DNA of 64,000 nucleotides from Thermoplasmata archaeon (GCA_041548485.1 JBFESP010000007.1:13679-77678), one strand, 5' to 3'. Shown: positions 1-10,284, counted from the first letter of the stretch. Numbers and translations are program-made. Notes: generated by a model from the sequence alone, not told the origin.

Positions 1-209
1 TCTCGCTCGATGAGAGGGCGACAAGATGTTCGGCGTGTAACGGAGCATTGGTCGATCTTCCGAGGGAGGAGGCGACGGGGGTCGTACCTGAAGGAGCGCT
101 GAATGACAACGACGTCTTCTGGAAGTGCGCTGTGTGCGGGAAGGCCTACTGGAAGGGCACGCACTGGCTCGGGATAATGGAGAGGCTGCGGAAGCTCAAC
201 CTCGCTTAG
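1..209 (+). CDS. 3' end of a Mut7-C/DUF82-type RNase domain protein (C-terminal zinc ribbon); 5' part lies outside the window
   Basis: Frame starting at nt 3 reads ...RCSACNGALVDL...DVFWKCAVCGKAYWKGTHWLGIMERLRKLNLA, stop TAG 207-209. The CxxC...CxxCG.YWxGxHW tail is the signature I associate with Mut7-C (PF01927). Absent from the ORF track because it has no start inside the window. Confidence 0.6.
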   Translation, partial: SLDERATRCSACNGALVDLPREEATGVVPEGALNDNDVFWKCAVCGKAYWKGTHWLGIMERLRKLNLA

Positions 210-1143
210 ATTCGGGGCCGTGCAGGTGTTCGCTGATTATCTTGCCGCTCGACGAGTTGACGAGCATGGCCCCCCTCTTGCCCTCCACGCACCACACGGG
301 CAGGTAGACCAGTCCCTTCGGCTCTATCACCATAGCGTCCTTACGTGGTTTCGAGCGCTCTATAATCTCGGAGTGGCCGAAATCCGTGACTGTCTCCACA
401 TAGGACTTATACTCCTTCGCAACGACATCTCGTGCCATGCCCAGTGCCCGCTCCTCGTCTATCTTCGGCTCCCTCCTAGAGCTGGGCGAGTCGATCATAT
501 CGACCAACTCGAACCCCCAACGCCATACCTCGACATGCTCGGTCATGGCGTTCACTGCCACGATTCCAGCGCGCTGGCGCGTGTCATCGATGTTCAGGAC
601 GTAATGGAAAAGGTAGTGTGGTATGAGCTCGAGGTCGAACTTGTAGCCCTGTATCTCGTGGCGGGCGATGTGCTTCACATCCTCGAGCGTTATGGCCGGC
701 TTCACGATCTGCTCCGTCTTCTCTTCGGTGCTCTCGACGATCACGGGGATCGATTGTTCAGGAGGATCTGACGGCATCTGCGGGATCTCGTCGGATATCA
801 CCTCGTCGAGCAGGCTGCCTCCGTGGTCCTTCGAGAGCGTCTTGAGATGGAAGCTTCCTATCTCGTGCTCGATCTCCTCCCTGCCCCAGTAGTGTATCCC
901 CCGGTCCTGAAGATGCTTCTGGACCTGGTCGTCGACCTTCGCAAGGGATGCCACCACCTTCCTCCCGGAGAAGTCGCTCACATTCCTGATGAAATCGTCG
1001 ACGTCGTCCCGTATCAACTCACTCGCAGCCATGACCACGATGGAGACGTCGGCCCTCTGACCGTAGAGATAGCCATCACGCTCTTCCACCTCGAACTCCC
1101 CGGATTCGAGTATCCGGACCAGGTGATCCTTAAGTGAGACCAT
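196..1143 (-). CDS. hypothetical protein (315 aa); the N-terminal ~100 aa might have a restriction-endonuclease-like fold, followed by two repeated alpha/beta modules
   Basis: Long ORF with G/C third-position bias. GGAG lies 6 nt upstream of ATG 1143 and a TATA-like CCTTTTATC about 30 nt upstream. No family recognised with confidence. Confidence 0.7.
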   Translation of the reverse strand: MVSLKDHLVRILESGEFEVEERDGYLYGQRADVSIVVMAASELIRDDVDDFIRNVSDFSGRKVVASLAKVDDQVQKHLQDRGIHYWGREEIEHEIGSFHLKTLSKDHGGSLLDEVISDEIPQMPSDPPEQSIPVIVESTEEKTEQIVKPAITLEDVKHIARHEIQGYKFDLELIPHYLFHYVLNIDDTRQRAGIVAVNAMTEHVEVWRWGFELVDMIDSPSSRREPKIDEERALGMARDVVAKEYKSYVETVTDFGHSEIIERSKPRKDAMVIEPKGLVYLPVWCVEGKRGAMLVNSSSGKIISEHLHGPESKRG

Positions 1144-1281
1144 CGGGACTCCTTTGACCGGGATGGGGCAAAGGCGATAAAAGGCTTATGAGCACCCTGG
1201 CCGGAGGAAAGATTGATAGCCTCTGGGACGTGATAAGCCGATGGAGGAGGTCGCACGCACGCGCGCCTGTGGCTGCCCGGC

Positions 1282-1677
1282 ATGATGTTCTTCGGAGGCG
1301 TATGCCTCATGGTCACCTCAGTCGCGACGGGAGAGGCGGATCTCTCACTCGTGGTTGTCTTTCCAGTCATATCGGGCACAGGGGGGGTCTTCCTGCTGGG
1401 AATGCTCCTCACCACGGCGGGACTGCTGCTCGGTTTCGCCCTCATGGCCATGGGCCGGGCCGGGTGCGTGGGTCATCGGGAGCCGGCGGGGACGGACGAA
1501 AGCGGGCTCCATCATGTCGGGAGAGAGAAGAAGGAGACCAGATACGGTGGGGTGGTGCTCATCGGACCCGTACCGATCGTGTTCGGGTCCAACATGAGGA
1601 CGGCGGTAACGATGTTGATAGTTGGGATAATCTTCGCCGTCGTAACGCTAGCCCTGATCCTCTTCGCCCTTCACTAG
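1282..1677 (+). CDS. small membrane protein, DUF131/TIGR00304-like
   Basis: Hydrophobic N- and C-terminal segments. The central motif YGGVVLIGPVPIVFGS matches my memory of the archaeal DUF131 family. Confidence 0.6.
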   Translation: MMFFGGVCLMVTSVATGEADLSLVVVFPVISGTGGVFLLGMLLTTAGLLLGFALMAMGRAGCVGHREPAGTDESGLHHVGREKKETRYGGVVLIGPVPIVFGSNMRTAVTMLIVGIIFAVVTLALILFALH

Positions 1678-1869
1678 GGCCCGGAGCGCCTCATCGATAC
1701 TGACATCGTCCATCGACGCGGCGTCCCTCAACTCGGACATCAGCGCGATGTAGTACGAGTAGTCCTTTCCCTTGGCCCTCACCGCGCGCCCGACGGCGCG
1801 CTCCAGCGGCTCCTTGCGTTGCCTTATGCGCGCGGCCTCCCGGAGAATATCTATGTCGCCCTGATCCAT
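1648..1869 (-). CDS. small hypothetical protein (73 aa), last gene of the purE-guaA operon
   Basis: ORF begins 3 nt after the guaAA stop on the same strand and has good codon bias. No family recognised. Its 3' end overlaps the convergent DUF131 gene by 30 nt. Confidence 0.45.
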   Translation of the reverse strand: MDQGDIDILREAARIRQRKEPLERAVGRAVRAKGKDYSYYIALMSELRDAASMDDVSIDEALRALVKGEEDQG

Positions 1870-1872
1870 CGC

Positions 1873-2448
1873 TCAACCCTTCTTGCGGGCCTCGCAGACG
1901 TCCAGGAACGCCTGGAGTATCTCGTATCCGTTGTCGGTGTGTTCCACCTCAGGGTGGAACTGCAGCCCGTAGAGAGGCCGCGTCTCGTGCTTCATTGCCT
2001 GGACTGGACAGGTCTCCGAGTTCGCAAGCAGCTTGAACCCTGGCGGCAGCTCCGTGACCTCGTCGTTGTGCGACTCCCACGCGATGAACGTCTCAGGCAG
2101 CCCCTTGAAGAGGTCGTCCTCGTCGACGACACTGACCAACGTCTTGCCGAACTCTGGCGTCGCGGATGGAACGGCCTTTCCACCGAGACGGATCGCCATG
2201 TACTGATGGCCGGCGCATATGCCCAGGATGGGGACGTCCAGCTTGTCGATGTACTCCCCGCACATGCCCATCGCCTCCTCGTCGAGGCCGACCCTGGGTG
2301 ATCCACCGGACAGCACCAGCCCGTCGGCGCTTATGGATTCGGGAGGCGCCTTGTTAGGAATGATGGAGGTCTCGACCCCGAGGTCCCGCAGCACGCGCCA
2401 CTCCCTATGGGTCCACTGGCCGCCGTTGTCCACCACTAGAACTCGCAT
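1873..2448 (-). CDS. guaAA: GMP synthase [glutamine-hydrolysing] subunit A (class I glutamine amidotransferase)
   Basis: MRVLVVDNGGQWTHREWRVLRDLGV..., catalytic GICAGHQ, C-terminal HPE triad element. Split-subunit arrangement with guaAB upstream is typical of archaea. Confidence 0.9.
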   Translation of the reverse strand: MRVLVVDNGGQWTHREWRVLRDLGVETSIIPNKAPPESISADGLVLSGGSPRVGLDEEAMGMCGEYIDKLDVPILGICAGHQYMAIRLGGKAVPSATPEFGKTLVSVVDEDDLFKGLPETFIAWESHNDEVTELPPGFKLLANSETCPVQAMKHETRPLYGLQFHPEVEHTDNGYEILQAFLDVCEARKKG

Positions 2449-2521
2449 GGAGGAGGGAACATACCAGGAGTATAAAGCCTCTGCTGAAAGATGCAGTTCG
2501 GCAGTTCGACTGAGGAGGAGC

Positions 2522-3469
2522 CTACTCCCATTCGATGGTTGCGGGTGGTTTGTCCGTGATGTCGTACACCACTCTGTTCACCCGGTCCTTCATCCTGTTA
2601 GTGATCCTGGTCGAGATGGATTCAAGGACCTCATGAGGTATCCTCATGTAGGTCGCGGACATGGCGTCGACCGATTCGACTGCGCGGACCGCCACGGTGT
2701 ATCCGTACGCCCGCACATCGCCCTGGACGCCGACGCTCTTGACGGGGAGGAGCACCGCGAAGTACTGCCAAGGGATGGTCATCTTCCCCGCCGCAGCGGC
2801 CTTCTCGATCTCCTCTTCGACGATGGCGCAGGCCTCGCGAACGATGTCGACGGACTCGCGCGTCGGCTCGCCCATAACCCTTATCGCCAGAGCGGGCCCG
2901 GGGAAGGGTTGTCTCTCGGCGACCTCTATCCCAAGCGCGCGCGCGACCTTCCTGACCTCGTCCTTGTACAGGTCCCTCAGGGGCTCCACGAGCCTCATGT
3001 CCATGTCTGAAGGCAGGCCGCCCACATTATGGTGTGATTTAATGGTGTCCCTGAGGCCGCCGCCGCTCTCTATCCAGTCAGGGGCTATCGTCCCCTGCAC
3101 GAGATACTCGGCCCCGGACTTGGCCGCCTCCCTTTCGAACACGCGGATGAACTTCTCGCCGATTATCTTGCGCTTCCTCTCGGGGTCCGTCACGCCCTTG
3201 AGCGCTGCGAAGTACTCGTCGCTGGCATCGACCACGATGTGATTGACGCCCAGGCGGCTGAGCATCTCGTCGACCGCCTTCGTCTCACCCTTCCTCATGA
3301 AACCGGTGTCTACATAGACCGCGAGGAGCTGATCGCCGAGGGCCTTGCTCACTATCGAGGCGCAGACCGTGCTGTCGACCCCGCCGGAGGCGGCGATGAT
3401 CGCCTTTCCTTTGACCTCAGAGCGGGTCTTCTCCACCTGATCATCTATGAACTTCTGCGGATCGAACAT
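2522..3469 (-). CDS. guaAB: GMP synthase subunit B (ATP pyrophosphatase)
   Basis: PP-loop SGGVDSTV; conserved C-terminal dimerisation domain ending ...KPPATIEWE. Confidence 0.92.
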   Translation of the reverse strand: MFDPQKFIDDQVEKTRSEVKGKAIIAASGGVDSTVCASIVSKALGDQLLAVYVDTGFMRKGETKAVDEMLSRLGVNHIVVDASDEYFAALKGVTDPERKRKIIGEKFIRVFEREAAKSGAEYLVQGTIAPDWIESGGGLRDTIKSHHNVGGLPSDMDMRLVEPLRDLYKDEVRKVARALGIEVAERQPFPGPALAIRVMGEPTRESVDIVREACAIVEEEIEKAAAAGKMTIPWQYFAVLLPVKSVGVQGDVRAYGYTVAVRAVESVDAMSATYMRIPHEVLESISTRITNRMKDRVNRVVYDITDKPPATIEWE

Positions 3470-3934
3470 CTACATCTCAACTTCCTGCGAGTCCTTGGCC
3501 ACCTTCTCCCTGAGCCTCTGCCTGTGGGCCTCCAGCGCCTCGGCGATCCTTCCGTCCTTGAGGGAGAGTATCTGGGCCGCGAGGATCGCGGCGTTCTCGC
3601 CCCTGTCGAGGCCGACCGCCGCCACGGGAATACCGGGGGGCATCTGGACGACGGACAGTATCGCGTCGAGATTGAGCGCACCGCTGACCGGAACCCCTAT
3701 CACTGGCCTGTGGGTTCTGGCGGCTATAACGCCGGGAAGCGCCGCGGACAGGCCTGCAATGGCGATGAACACCTCGGCATCAGCCTCGGACACCAATTCC
3801 TCCACCAGCTCGGGAGTCCTGTGAGCGCTGGCCACGCTCACCTTGTACTTCACACCGAGCTCCTTGAGGACTGACGTGGCCTTCTCCGCTACCTTCCGGT
3901 CACTCTTGCTGCCAAGGACAATCTGGACGCTCAT
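3470..3934 (-). CDS. purE: N5-carboxyaminoimidazole ribonucleotide mutase / AIR carboxylase catalytic subunit
   Basis: IVLGSKSD...SAHRTPE...[10 protein letters not shown] motifs. Its stop abuts the guaAB start. Confidence 0.9.
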   Translation of the reverse strand: MSVQIVLGSKSDRKVAEKATSVLKELGVKYKVSVASAHRTPELVEELVSEADAEVFIAIAGLSAALPGVIAARTHRPVIGVPVSGALNLDAILSVVQMPPGIPVAAVGLDRGENAAILAAQILSLKDGRIAEALEAHRQRLREKVAKDSQEVEM

Positions 3935-3980
3935 GGAAAAGGGAGAGGTTGAGTTTGTAGAAAAAAGTTTGCGCGCAATG

Positions 3981-4286
3981 TCACGATTTCATTATCGCGA
4001 GCAGGAAGACACCGATCGCGGCGAGGGCGCCAACGACCCCTGCGAGGATGTACAGGAACGCGTCCCATATCACCTTGCTCAGGTTGACGTCGATGACCTC
4101 TACCGAGTCGAGGCCCATGACTATCCACAGAACGCCCACTATCAGGCCGATGACCAGAAGGGCTGCGCCAATCATTCTGCTCTTGCCACTGCCGAAGTAC
4201 GCCGTAAAGATGCCCGCAAGGAGCATGAAAAGGGCGAACACAAGTATGATTACTGTCAGGAACTCAAGAAGCTCCATTTGACCCAC
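3981..4286 (-). CDS. small integral membrane protein (about 3 TM), function unknown
   Basis: 101-aa ORF consisting almost entirely of three hydrophobic helices, with codon bias consistent with coding. Confidence 0.55.
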   Translation of the reverse strand: MGQMELLEFLTVIILVFALFMLLAGIFTAYFGSGKSRMIGAALLVIGLIVGVLWIVMGLDSVEVIDVNLSKVIWDAFLYILAGVVGALAAIGVFLLAIMKS

Positions 4287-4303
4287 CTTCCGCGACCAAT
4301 ACC

Positions 4304-4537
4304 TCAGAACTTTATACCCGTCAGCGTCTTCGTGTCGATCACGCCAGCAATCGAACGGACCTTGTCCACTACCACCTGTCCGAGGAGGTTGAAGTCCTCC
4401 GCCTCAATCTTAGCGATCAGGTCGTACTCCCCAAAAAGAGGGTGCAGCTCCACGACCTCCTTGACTTTGAGGAGCTCGTTGTATACCTCGTGCTCTTTTG
4501 CCGGTGCGGTGCTTATGAGTATAAAACCCACGGCCAT
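4304..4537 (-). CDS. stand-alone Lrp/AsnC ligand-binding (RAM) domain protein
   Basis: 77 aa. The pattern ...V..V..HP.FGEYDLIAKIEAED...L...V..KVRSI.GV..T.T matches the AsnC_trans_reg domain without an HTH. Confidence 0.75.
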   Translation of the reverse strand: MAVGFILISTAPAKEHEVYNELLKVKEVVELHPLFGEYDLIAKIEAEDFNLLGQVVVDKVRSIAGVIDTKTLTGIKF

Positions 4538-4644
4538 CTGGTCCTCACCACGCCCAATAATGGACTAGCCTGTCATAAAGCTTTCGACCTTGTTGTTCTG
4601 GCTCGCCGTTCCGACGATACCGCGTCAGCGTCTCCTTCGGAAGG

Positions 4645-5568
4645 TCACACCCTCTTTCTCCGTGCGGCCCGTCTCTGGATCATCTCCCAGGTCGGCAACA
4701 CGCTCTGGGCGCCCGTACTCTCGACTACGAAGGATGCGGTGGAGGCGCCGACCCAGGCGCATTCCTCAATCGGCAGTGACCGGCTGAGGCCAGCGTAGAA
4801 GCCGGCCCTGAAACCGTCGCCCGCGCCAGTCGTGTCGACCACCCTGTCCGGGGTTATCGCACCGACGAACACCTCGTCGTCGTCCGTGATGATTCTGCTG
4901 CCCTCGCTCCCGCGCGTGTTGACTATCATGCTCGCGTAGGATAGCAGTTCGTGATCGTCCTCGAGGTTGAGATATCGCTTGGCCGTCTCCAGCTCGGATG
5001 AGTTGAGGAACAGGACCTGGCAGTACTCCAGTATCTGTCGGAGGGTCTCCGGAGTGTAGACGTAGTGAATCTCCTGTGCGGGGTCGAAGCAGACCGTGCG
5101 CTTCCTCCATCTGGCACGTCTGGCCGCCTTGAGCATGTACTCCGGCCTGCCGGTGCCGATGTGGACGAACTTAGACGAGTCGACTGTGTGCGTCCTGAGA
5201 GGCAGCCTGCCCTGCTCCCTGACCGCTCCCTGATCGACGAACCCGATCTGGTTGTGCTCCGAATCGGACACCAGTATGATGAACGGCGTCCGGTGCCCCC
5301 GTACCTTGATGATGTCAGTGACATCTACGCCCGCCGTCTGCAGGGCCTTCTTGAACTCGTCGGGGAAATCGTCGCCCACATGGCTCGCGAGAGCCGTCTT
5401 GACATCCAATGCGGCGGCGATCATTGCGAGGTTGGCCCCCGTCCCGCCGAAGAACTCGCGCCGGCCGGCCAGCTCTACACATGTGTTGGGGTCCGGAAAC
5501 CTGTCGGATGAGTAGATGATATCGATGGCAGAGTGACCGTAGACCCCCAGGAAATTGCTCTTGCGCAC
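4645..5568 (-). CDS. PfkB-family carbohydrate/nucleoside kinase
   Basis: N-terminal GGTGANLA and C-terminal DTTGAGDGFRAGF motifs. GTG start preceded by GGAGTGAGG. Next to ahcY, so adenosine/nucleoside kinase is plausible but unproven. Confidence 0.85.
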   Translation of the reverse strand: MRKSNFLGVYGHSAIDIIYSSDRFPDPNTCVELAGRREFFGGTGANLAMIAAALDVKTALASHVGDDFPDEFKKALQTAGVDVTDIIKVRGHRTPFIILVSDSEHNQIGFVDQGAVREQGRLPLRTHTVDSSKFVHIGTGRPEYMLKAARRARWRKRTVCFDPAQEIHYVYTPETLRQILEYCQVLFLNSSELETAKRYLNLEDDHELLSYASMIVNTRGSEGSRIITDDDEVFVGAITPDRVVDTTGAGDGFRAGFYAGLSRSLPIEECAWVGASTASFVVESTGAQSVLPTWEMIQRRAARRKRV

Positions 5569-5671
5569 GACCTCACTCCGACTATCCGTATCGACTCCAC
5601 CGTACTTGAAAATAGGTCTGCTTCGGATTGCCAGACGCTTCGTCGCGACCCATGTGAAGCCAGCAGACGCC

Positions 5672-6937
5672 TCAGGTGCCTTCCTTCCAGTCCCTGAGGT
5701 ATTTCTTCTGCGATTTCGTCAACCGGTCTATCTTGACGCCCATCGTCTGGAGCTTCAGGTCCGCCACCTGTTTGTCGATGTGGTCGGGCACGTCGTATAC
5801 GTTGGGCTCGAGCGACCGAACGCTGAAGGCCATGTACTCGAGGCTCATGGCCTGGATCGCGAAGCTCATGTCCATTATCTCTGCGGGATGGCCCTGTCCA
5901 GCGGCGAGATTCACGAGCCTCCCATCCGCGAGCAGGTACACCTTCCTGCCGTTCTTCAGCGTGTACTCGTCCACCGAATCGCGCACCTTCCTCCGCTTCC
6001 CGGACACCTGCTTCAGAGCCACCTTGGAGATCTCGTTGTCGAAGTGGCCGGAATTGGCGAGCAGGCAACCATCCTTCATCTGTCTGAAGTCCCTGGCTGT
6101 CAGGACGTCCTTGCAGCCGGTGGCGGTCACGACCATGTCCGCCTCCCTGACCGCCTCCGCCATGGGCTTCACCGCGAAGCCGTCGAGTCTGGCCTCGATC
6201 GCACGGATGGGGTCGACTTCGCAGACGGTGACGTCCGCTCCCAACCCCTTCGCACGCATGGCGATGCCCCTGCCGCACCAGCCGTAGCCAGCGACGACGA
6301 AGCTCTTGCCCGCGATCACCAGGTTCGTGGCCGTCATTATGCCGTCCATGGTGGATTGGCCAGTGCCGTATCTGTTGTCGAACATGTACTTCATGTAGGC
6401 GTCGTTCACCGACATCACAGGGAACTTCAGCGTGCCGTCCTGGGCCATCGCCCTGATACGCATGATGCCCGTCGTCGTCTCCTCGTTCGCTCCTTTCACG
6501 CTCTTCAGGATGTCCTGACGCTTCGTGTGAAGGAGGAATATCAGGTCGGCTCCGTCGTCGATCACGTAGTCGGGCTCCATGTCGAGGACGCGGTTGAGTG
6601 ATTGATAGTAGGCCTTCTGGGATTGGCCCTTCTCGGCGTATGTCTCTAGACCGTACTCCTCGTTGAGGGCGAGGGCGACCGAATCGTCGGTCGACAGCGG
6701 GTTGCATCCGGTCAGGCGGACCTCCGCACCGGCCTCCTTGATGGTGAGCGCGAGGACCGCGGTCTTCGCCTCCGTGTGCAGAGCCATGCCCACCTTGAGC
6801 CCCTCGAAGGTCTGCTCCTTCACCATACGTTTCCGTATCGCCCCAAGGACCGGCATGTGGGTTCTAGCCCATTCGATCCGCTTGATACCTCTATCGAGCA
6901 ACTCGTTCGTCCGCATCGTACCGGTCCGTCGAACCAT
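5672..6937 (-). CDS. ahcY: S-adenosyl-L-homocysteine hydrolase
   Basis: Full-length similarity to adenosylhomocysteinase; NAD-binding VVAGYGWCGRGIA; GHFDNEI motif. Confidence 0.93.
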   Translation of the reverse strand: MVRRTGTMRTNELLDRGIKRIEWARTHMPVLGAIRKRMVKEQTFEGLKVGMALHTEAKTAVLALTIKEAGAEVRLTGCNPLSTDDSVALALNEEYGLETYAEKGQSQKAYYQSLNRVLDMEPDYVIDDGADLIFLLHTKRQDILKSVKGANEETTTGIMRIRAMAQDGTLKFPVMSVNDAYMKYMFDNRYGTGQSTMDGIMTATNLVIAGKSFVVAGYGWCGRGIAMRAKGLGADVTVCEVDPIRAIEARLDGFAVKPMAEAVREADMVVTATGCKDVLTARDFRQMKDGCLLANSGHFDNEISKVALKQVSGKRRKVRDSVDEYTLKNGRKVYLLADGRLVNLAAGQGHPAEIMDMSFAIQAMSLEYMAFSVRSLEPNVYDVPDHIDKQVADLKLQTMGVKIDRLTKSQKKYLRDWKEGT

Positions 6938-6978
6938 GTGCGACTTAAAAAACGTGTTGGCACGTAGCCGGAGGCGTC

Positions 6979-7740
6979 TCAGTCGCCGAGGCCGAGGTTC
7001 GATGCGATGGTCTTCATGATGGCACCGAGGTTCTCCTCTCGATCGTACTTCTCCAGGGCGTTGTCCAAGGCGTCCTCGTCCCCCGACATCTCCTCGGCGT
7101 ACCCTGAGATGAGCGGGAATGCTCTCGTCACCTCGTCGACCACCGTCACATCAGCAGTCCGCGCCGTCCGAGACATCGGGTTGAGGTCGATGGCCACGAC
7201 CTTCTTGCCCATCCTGGCCAGGGCCTCCGTCCTGTCACCGTCCTCGAGCGCGACGAGCACGACATCGGCAGAATGTACCCCCTCGCCTGAACAGAGGGCT
7301 CGCATGCCCTCGAGTCCGGGAATCTTCTCGTCCGGAAGGAATCCCAGGACGTCGGTCGCTCCGTTGCTCTCCAGCACGGTCCGTACCTTGGACACTCTTT
7401 CATCGGACCTATGGAAAAGGCTGATCTCGATCCTTGCGTCAAGTGTCTTGGCGAGACCGACAACCTCCCGGGGCGCGAGCGCGGCCACGTTGCCGTTGAC
7501 GGATATCACGGGGCGTTCCGATCGGAGGAGAGCAGCGGCGGCGGCTCTCGCCGCGACCCGAGCCTCCTTCGTAGTACGCTCACCCAGCAAGTAGTACATC
7601 GCCTCGCCCCTGCCGTGAGCGATCAGCCCCTGCGGCGCGACGATTCCCGTCTTGAACCCCTCCACTAGGCGCTCGCGAAGGACGAGGGATTCGCGGCGAG
7701 GATGTGTCTCGGGTATTTCGGTCATGATACCACTTGTCAT
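6979..7740 (-). CDS. 4-phosphopantoate--beta-alanine ligase (archaeal phosphopantothenate synthetase, COG1701/DUF137)
   Basis: HPRRESLVLRERLVEGFKTGIVAPQGLIAHGRGEAMYYLLGE matches my memory of the archaeal PPS family. I use the internal ATG at 7740 because the ORF-track extension to 7929 overlaps the gar1 promoter and gene. Confidence 0.72.
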   Translation of the reverse strand: MTSGIMTEIPETHPRRESLVLRERLVEGFKTGIVAPQGLIAHGRGEAMYYLLGERTTKEARVAARAAAAALLRSERPVISVNGNVAALAPREVVGLAKTLDARIEISLFHRSDERVSKVRTVLESNGATDVLGFLPDEKIPGLEGMRALCSGEGVHSADVVLVALEDGDRTEALARMGKKVVAIDLNPMSRTARTADVTVVDEVTRAFPLISGYAEEMSGDEDALDNALEKYDREENLGAIMKTIASNLGLGD

Positions 7741-7828
7741 GTTCGCCTCCGTCGCAGGAGGTGCAGACCAACGCTGACGAAACTGGTGCTCAACACTTAA
7801 ATACATTGAGAAAAACCTTATATATAAC

Positions 7829-8140
7829 ATGGCACATAGGGCGCCGAGCACAAAATATAAATACGATTCGGTGAGCGGGTTGAAGCTTCTTGGCGTCGTG
7901 CAGGACATATCGCACGATGGGAGGCTCATCGTGAAGGGGAGATTCGCTCCGAGAAACGGTGCAGTTGTGCGCGATAATCTGAAGGTGAAGATAGGTAGGG
8001 TGGCACGGGTCTTCGGTCCCGTGCGACGACCCTACGTGGCAATACGTCCTGAGAAGGACCTGAGAACCCTTGCCATCCTAGGCAAGGAGGTTTATGTGTT
8101 GGAAGAGGGGGACAATGGCAAAGGTAAGAGAAGAGACTGA
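7829..8140 (+). CDS. gar1: H/ACA RNP protein Gar1
   Basis: GRLIVKG...G..V.D...[21 protein letters not shown] signature, and the gar1-tfb synteny common in archaea. The true start may be the in-frame GTG at 7871, since two TATA-like boxes lie at 7797-7803 and 7817-7825. Confidence 0.8.
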   Translation: MAHRAPSTKYKYDSVSGLKLLGVVQDISHDGRLIVKGRFAPRNGAVVRDNLKVKIGRVARVFGPVRRPYVAIRPEKDLRTLAILGKEVYVLEEGDNGKGKRRD

Positions 8141-9047
8141 GCAGATCGAGAGATGTCCTGAATGCAACAGCGCTCACCTCGTCAGAGACTACGAACGTGG
8201 AGAGCTCGTATGTGAGGACTGCGGGATCGTCCTCGACGACAAGCTGATAGATCAGGGTCCCGAATGGAGAGCCTTCGACGTCGAACAGGGGGAGAAGAGG
8301 GCTCGAACAGGCGCCCCGATGACATACACCATACACGACAAGGGGCTATCCACGGAGATATCGTGGAAGAACAAGGACGCCTACGGGAAGAGCATACCGA
8401 CGAGGAACAGGGCGCAGCTCTACAGACTCCGGAAGTGGCAGCGCAGAATCAGGGTGTCCAACGCCACGGAGCGCAATCTCGCGTTCGCCCTCAGCGAACT
8501 CGACAGGATGGCTTCCTCGATGGGACTCCCGCGCAACGTCCGCGAGACCGCGGCGATGACCTACAGGAAGGCGGTCAACAAGAACCTGATCAGGGGAAGG
8601 AGCATAGAGGGTGTGGTCGCTGCGTCGCTGTACGCGGCGTGCAGGCAATGCAACGTGCCCAGGACCCTTGACGAGGTGGCGAACTCCTCGCGCGTTGGTA
8701 GGAAGGAGATCGGCCGTACGTACAGGTTCATGACGAGGGAACTCAAGCTCAAGCTGATGCCGACCAAGCCCCAGGACTACGTATCCCGCTTCTGCTCGGA
8801 GCTGAAGCTCTCGGGCGAGGTGCAGGCCAAGGCGATGGAGATCCTGAAGGACGCCGCCGAGAAGGAGCTCACCTCAGGCAGAGGGCCCACTGGCGTCGCG
8901 GCTGCCGCGATATACATATCGTCCATCCTCTGCAACGAGAGACGGACGCAGAGGGAGGTGGCCGATGTGGCAGGCGTCACAGAGGTCACCATCAGGAACC
9001 GGTACAAGGAGCTCACCGAGAAGCTGGGCATCGAAGTGCAGCTCTGA
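8115..9047 (+). CDS. tfb: transcription initiation factor IIB (TFB)
   Basis: N-terminal zinc ribbon [25 protein letters not shown]-finger and two cyclin-fold repeats. Start taken at MAKVREE (8115); overlaps the gar1 3' end. Confidence 0.93.
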   Translation: MAKVREETEQIERCPECNSAHLVRDYERGELVCEDCGIVLDDKLIDQGPEWRAFDVEQGEKRARTGAPMTYTIHDKGLSTEISWKNKDAYGKSIPTRNRAQLYRLRKWQRRIRVSNATERNLAFALSELDRMASSMGLPRNVRETAAMTYRKAVNKNLIRGRSIEGVVAASLYAACRQCNVPRTLDEVANSSRVGRKEIGRTYRFMTRELKLKLMPTKPQDYVSRFCSELKLSGEVQAKAMEILKDAAEKELTSGRGPTGVAAAAIYISSILCNERRTQREVADVAGVTEVTIRNRYKELTEKLGIEVQL

Positions 9048-9171
9048 CATCCAGGCCGACGATAGCCGAACGGGTCGACCATACGGCGAGAACTCCTCGT
9101 GGGCCGGAAGGCTGACGCTATTCCGGGACAGGGTTGTTACCTGACCGCGGGATGCGCGACCGAGGGACACG

Positions 9172-9179
9172 TTTTTAAG
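9172..9179 (+). promoter_or_regulatory. TATA-like box upstream of gap
   Basis: TTTTTAAG lies about 35 nt upstream of ATG 9214. Confidence 0.4.
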
Positions 9180-9213
9180 TGTCGCGATTATTCGGCGTAT
9201 CGGGGACGCGTTG

Positions 9214-10221
9214 ATGAAGATTGGTATAAACGGTTTTGGCAGGATTGGCAGGAATGTGTTCAGAGCGGCCCTGCAGAAACCTGGTTACGGGAAGGATTTC
9301 GAGATAGTCTCGGTGAATGACATAGCCCCCATAGAATCGCTCGCATATCAGCTCAAGTGGGACTCGATATACGGGAAGCTGGGCGAGAACGTGCGAGTCG
9401 AGGGGGATTCGATCGTCGTCGGTGACCGGCCCATCGAAGTCACCCAGTCGAGAGACCCAGCCGAGATTCCGTGGGGCAGGCTCGGAGTCGATGTCGTGGT
9501 CGAATCCACAGGCCTCTTCACCTCGAAGGAGAAGGCGTCGAAGCATCTCGTTGGAGGGGCGAGAAAGGTGATAATCTCCGCGCCGTCTAAGGACTGCGAT
9601 GTCACGCTAGTCCTCGGGGTCAACCTGGACGCGTACGACAAGGCGAAGCACGATGTCGTCTCGAACGCCTCATGCACCACGAACAGCCTCGCCCCGCCGG
9701 CCAAGGTGATAAACGATGAGTTCTCGATAGTCCAGGGTATGATGACCACGGTCCATGCCTACACTGGAGACCAGAGACTGGTGGACCTCCCTCACAAGGA
9801 TTTCAGACGAGGAAGGGCCGGCGCGCTGTCCGTCATCCCGACCACTACGGGCGCGGCAAAAGCCATTGGCCTGGTGATACCGGAACTGGTAGGGAAGCTG
9901 AACGGGTTCGCTCTGCGCGTTCCGACGCCATGTGGTTCCGTGACGGACCTCAGCTTCACAACGGAGAAGGACATGACCAAAGAGGACCTCAACGGCGCTC
10001 TGAAGGGAGCGTCCGAAGGACCCATGAAGGACATCATGGAGTTCTGCGAGGAGCCGATCGTGTCCAGCGACGTCGTAGGGAACCCGCATTCGGCCATAGT
10101 CGACTCTGAGCTCACCCTGGTCATAGGTGGCAAGGGTCGGTTCGGTAAGATACTCTCGTGGTACGACAACGAGTGGGGATATGCCAACAGGGTCGTCGAG
10201 TTGGCGCCCAAACTGCTCTAG
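9214..10221 (+). CDS. gap: type I (bacterial/eukaryotic-type) glyceraldehyde-3-phosphate dehydrogenase
   Basis: MKIGINGFGRIGRNVFR, catalytic SNASCTTNSLAP, and C-terminal WYDNEWGY. These are class I hallmarks, not the archaeal class II enzyme. Confidence 0.92.
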   Translation: MKIGINGFGRIGRNVFRAALQKPGYGKDFEIVSVNDIAPIESLAYQLKWDSIYGKLGENVRVEGDSIVVGDRPIEVTQSRDPAEIPWGRLGVDVVVESTGLFTSKEKASKHLVGGARKVIISAPSKDCDVTLVLGVNLDAYDKAKHDVVSNASCTTNSLAPPAKVINDEFSIVQGMMTTVHAYTGDQRLVDLPHKDFRRGRAGALSVIPTTTGAAKAIGLVIPELVGKLNGFALRVPTPCGSVTDLSFTTEKDMTKEDLNGALKGASEGPMKDIMEFCEEPIVSSDVVGNPHSAIVDSELTLVIGGKGRFGKILSWYDNEWGYANRVVELAPKLL

Positions 10222-10284
10222 CAGTTGAATCGAATGGCATTCCGAGGCAACGGTTAAGAGGGTGCTGCGCCTAATTCGAGGGTG

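Noticed and set aside
5475-6707. 410-aa minus-strand ORF, together with the 348-aa plus-strand ORF at 5555-6601, overlapping ahcY.
   Set aside because: Both lie in alternate or antisense frames of a gene with an unambiguous full-length SAH hydrolase match. Their translations are Arg/Gly/Pro/His-rich low-complexity strings, typical of shadow ORFs in GC-rich DNA.
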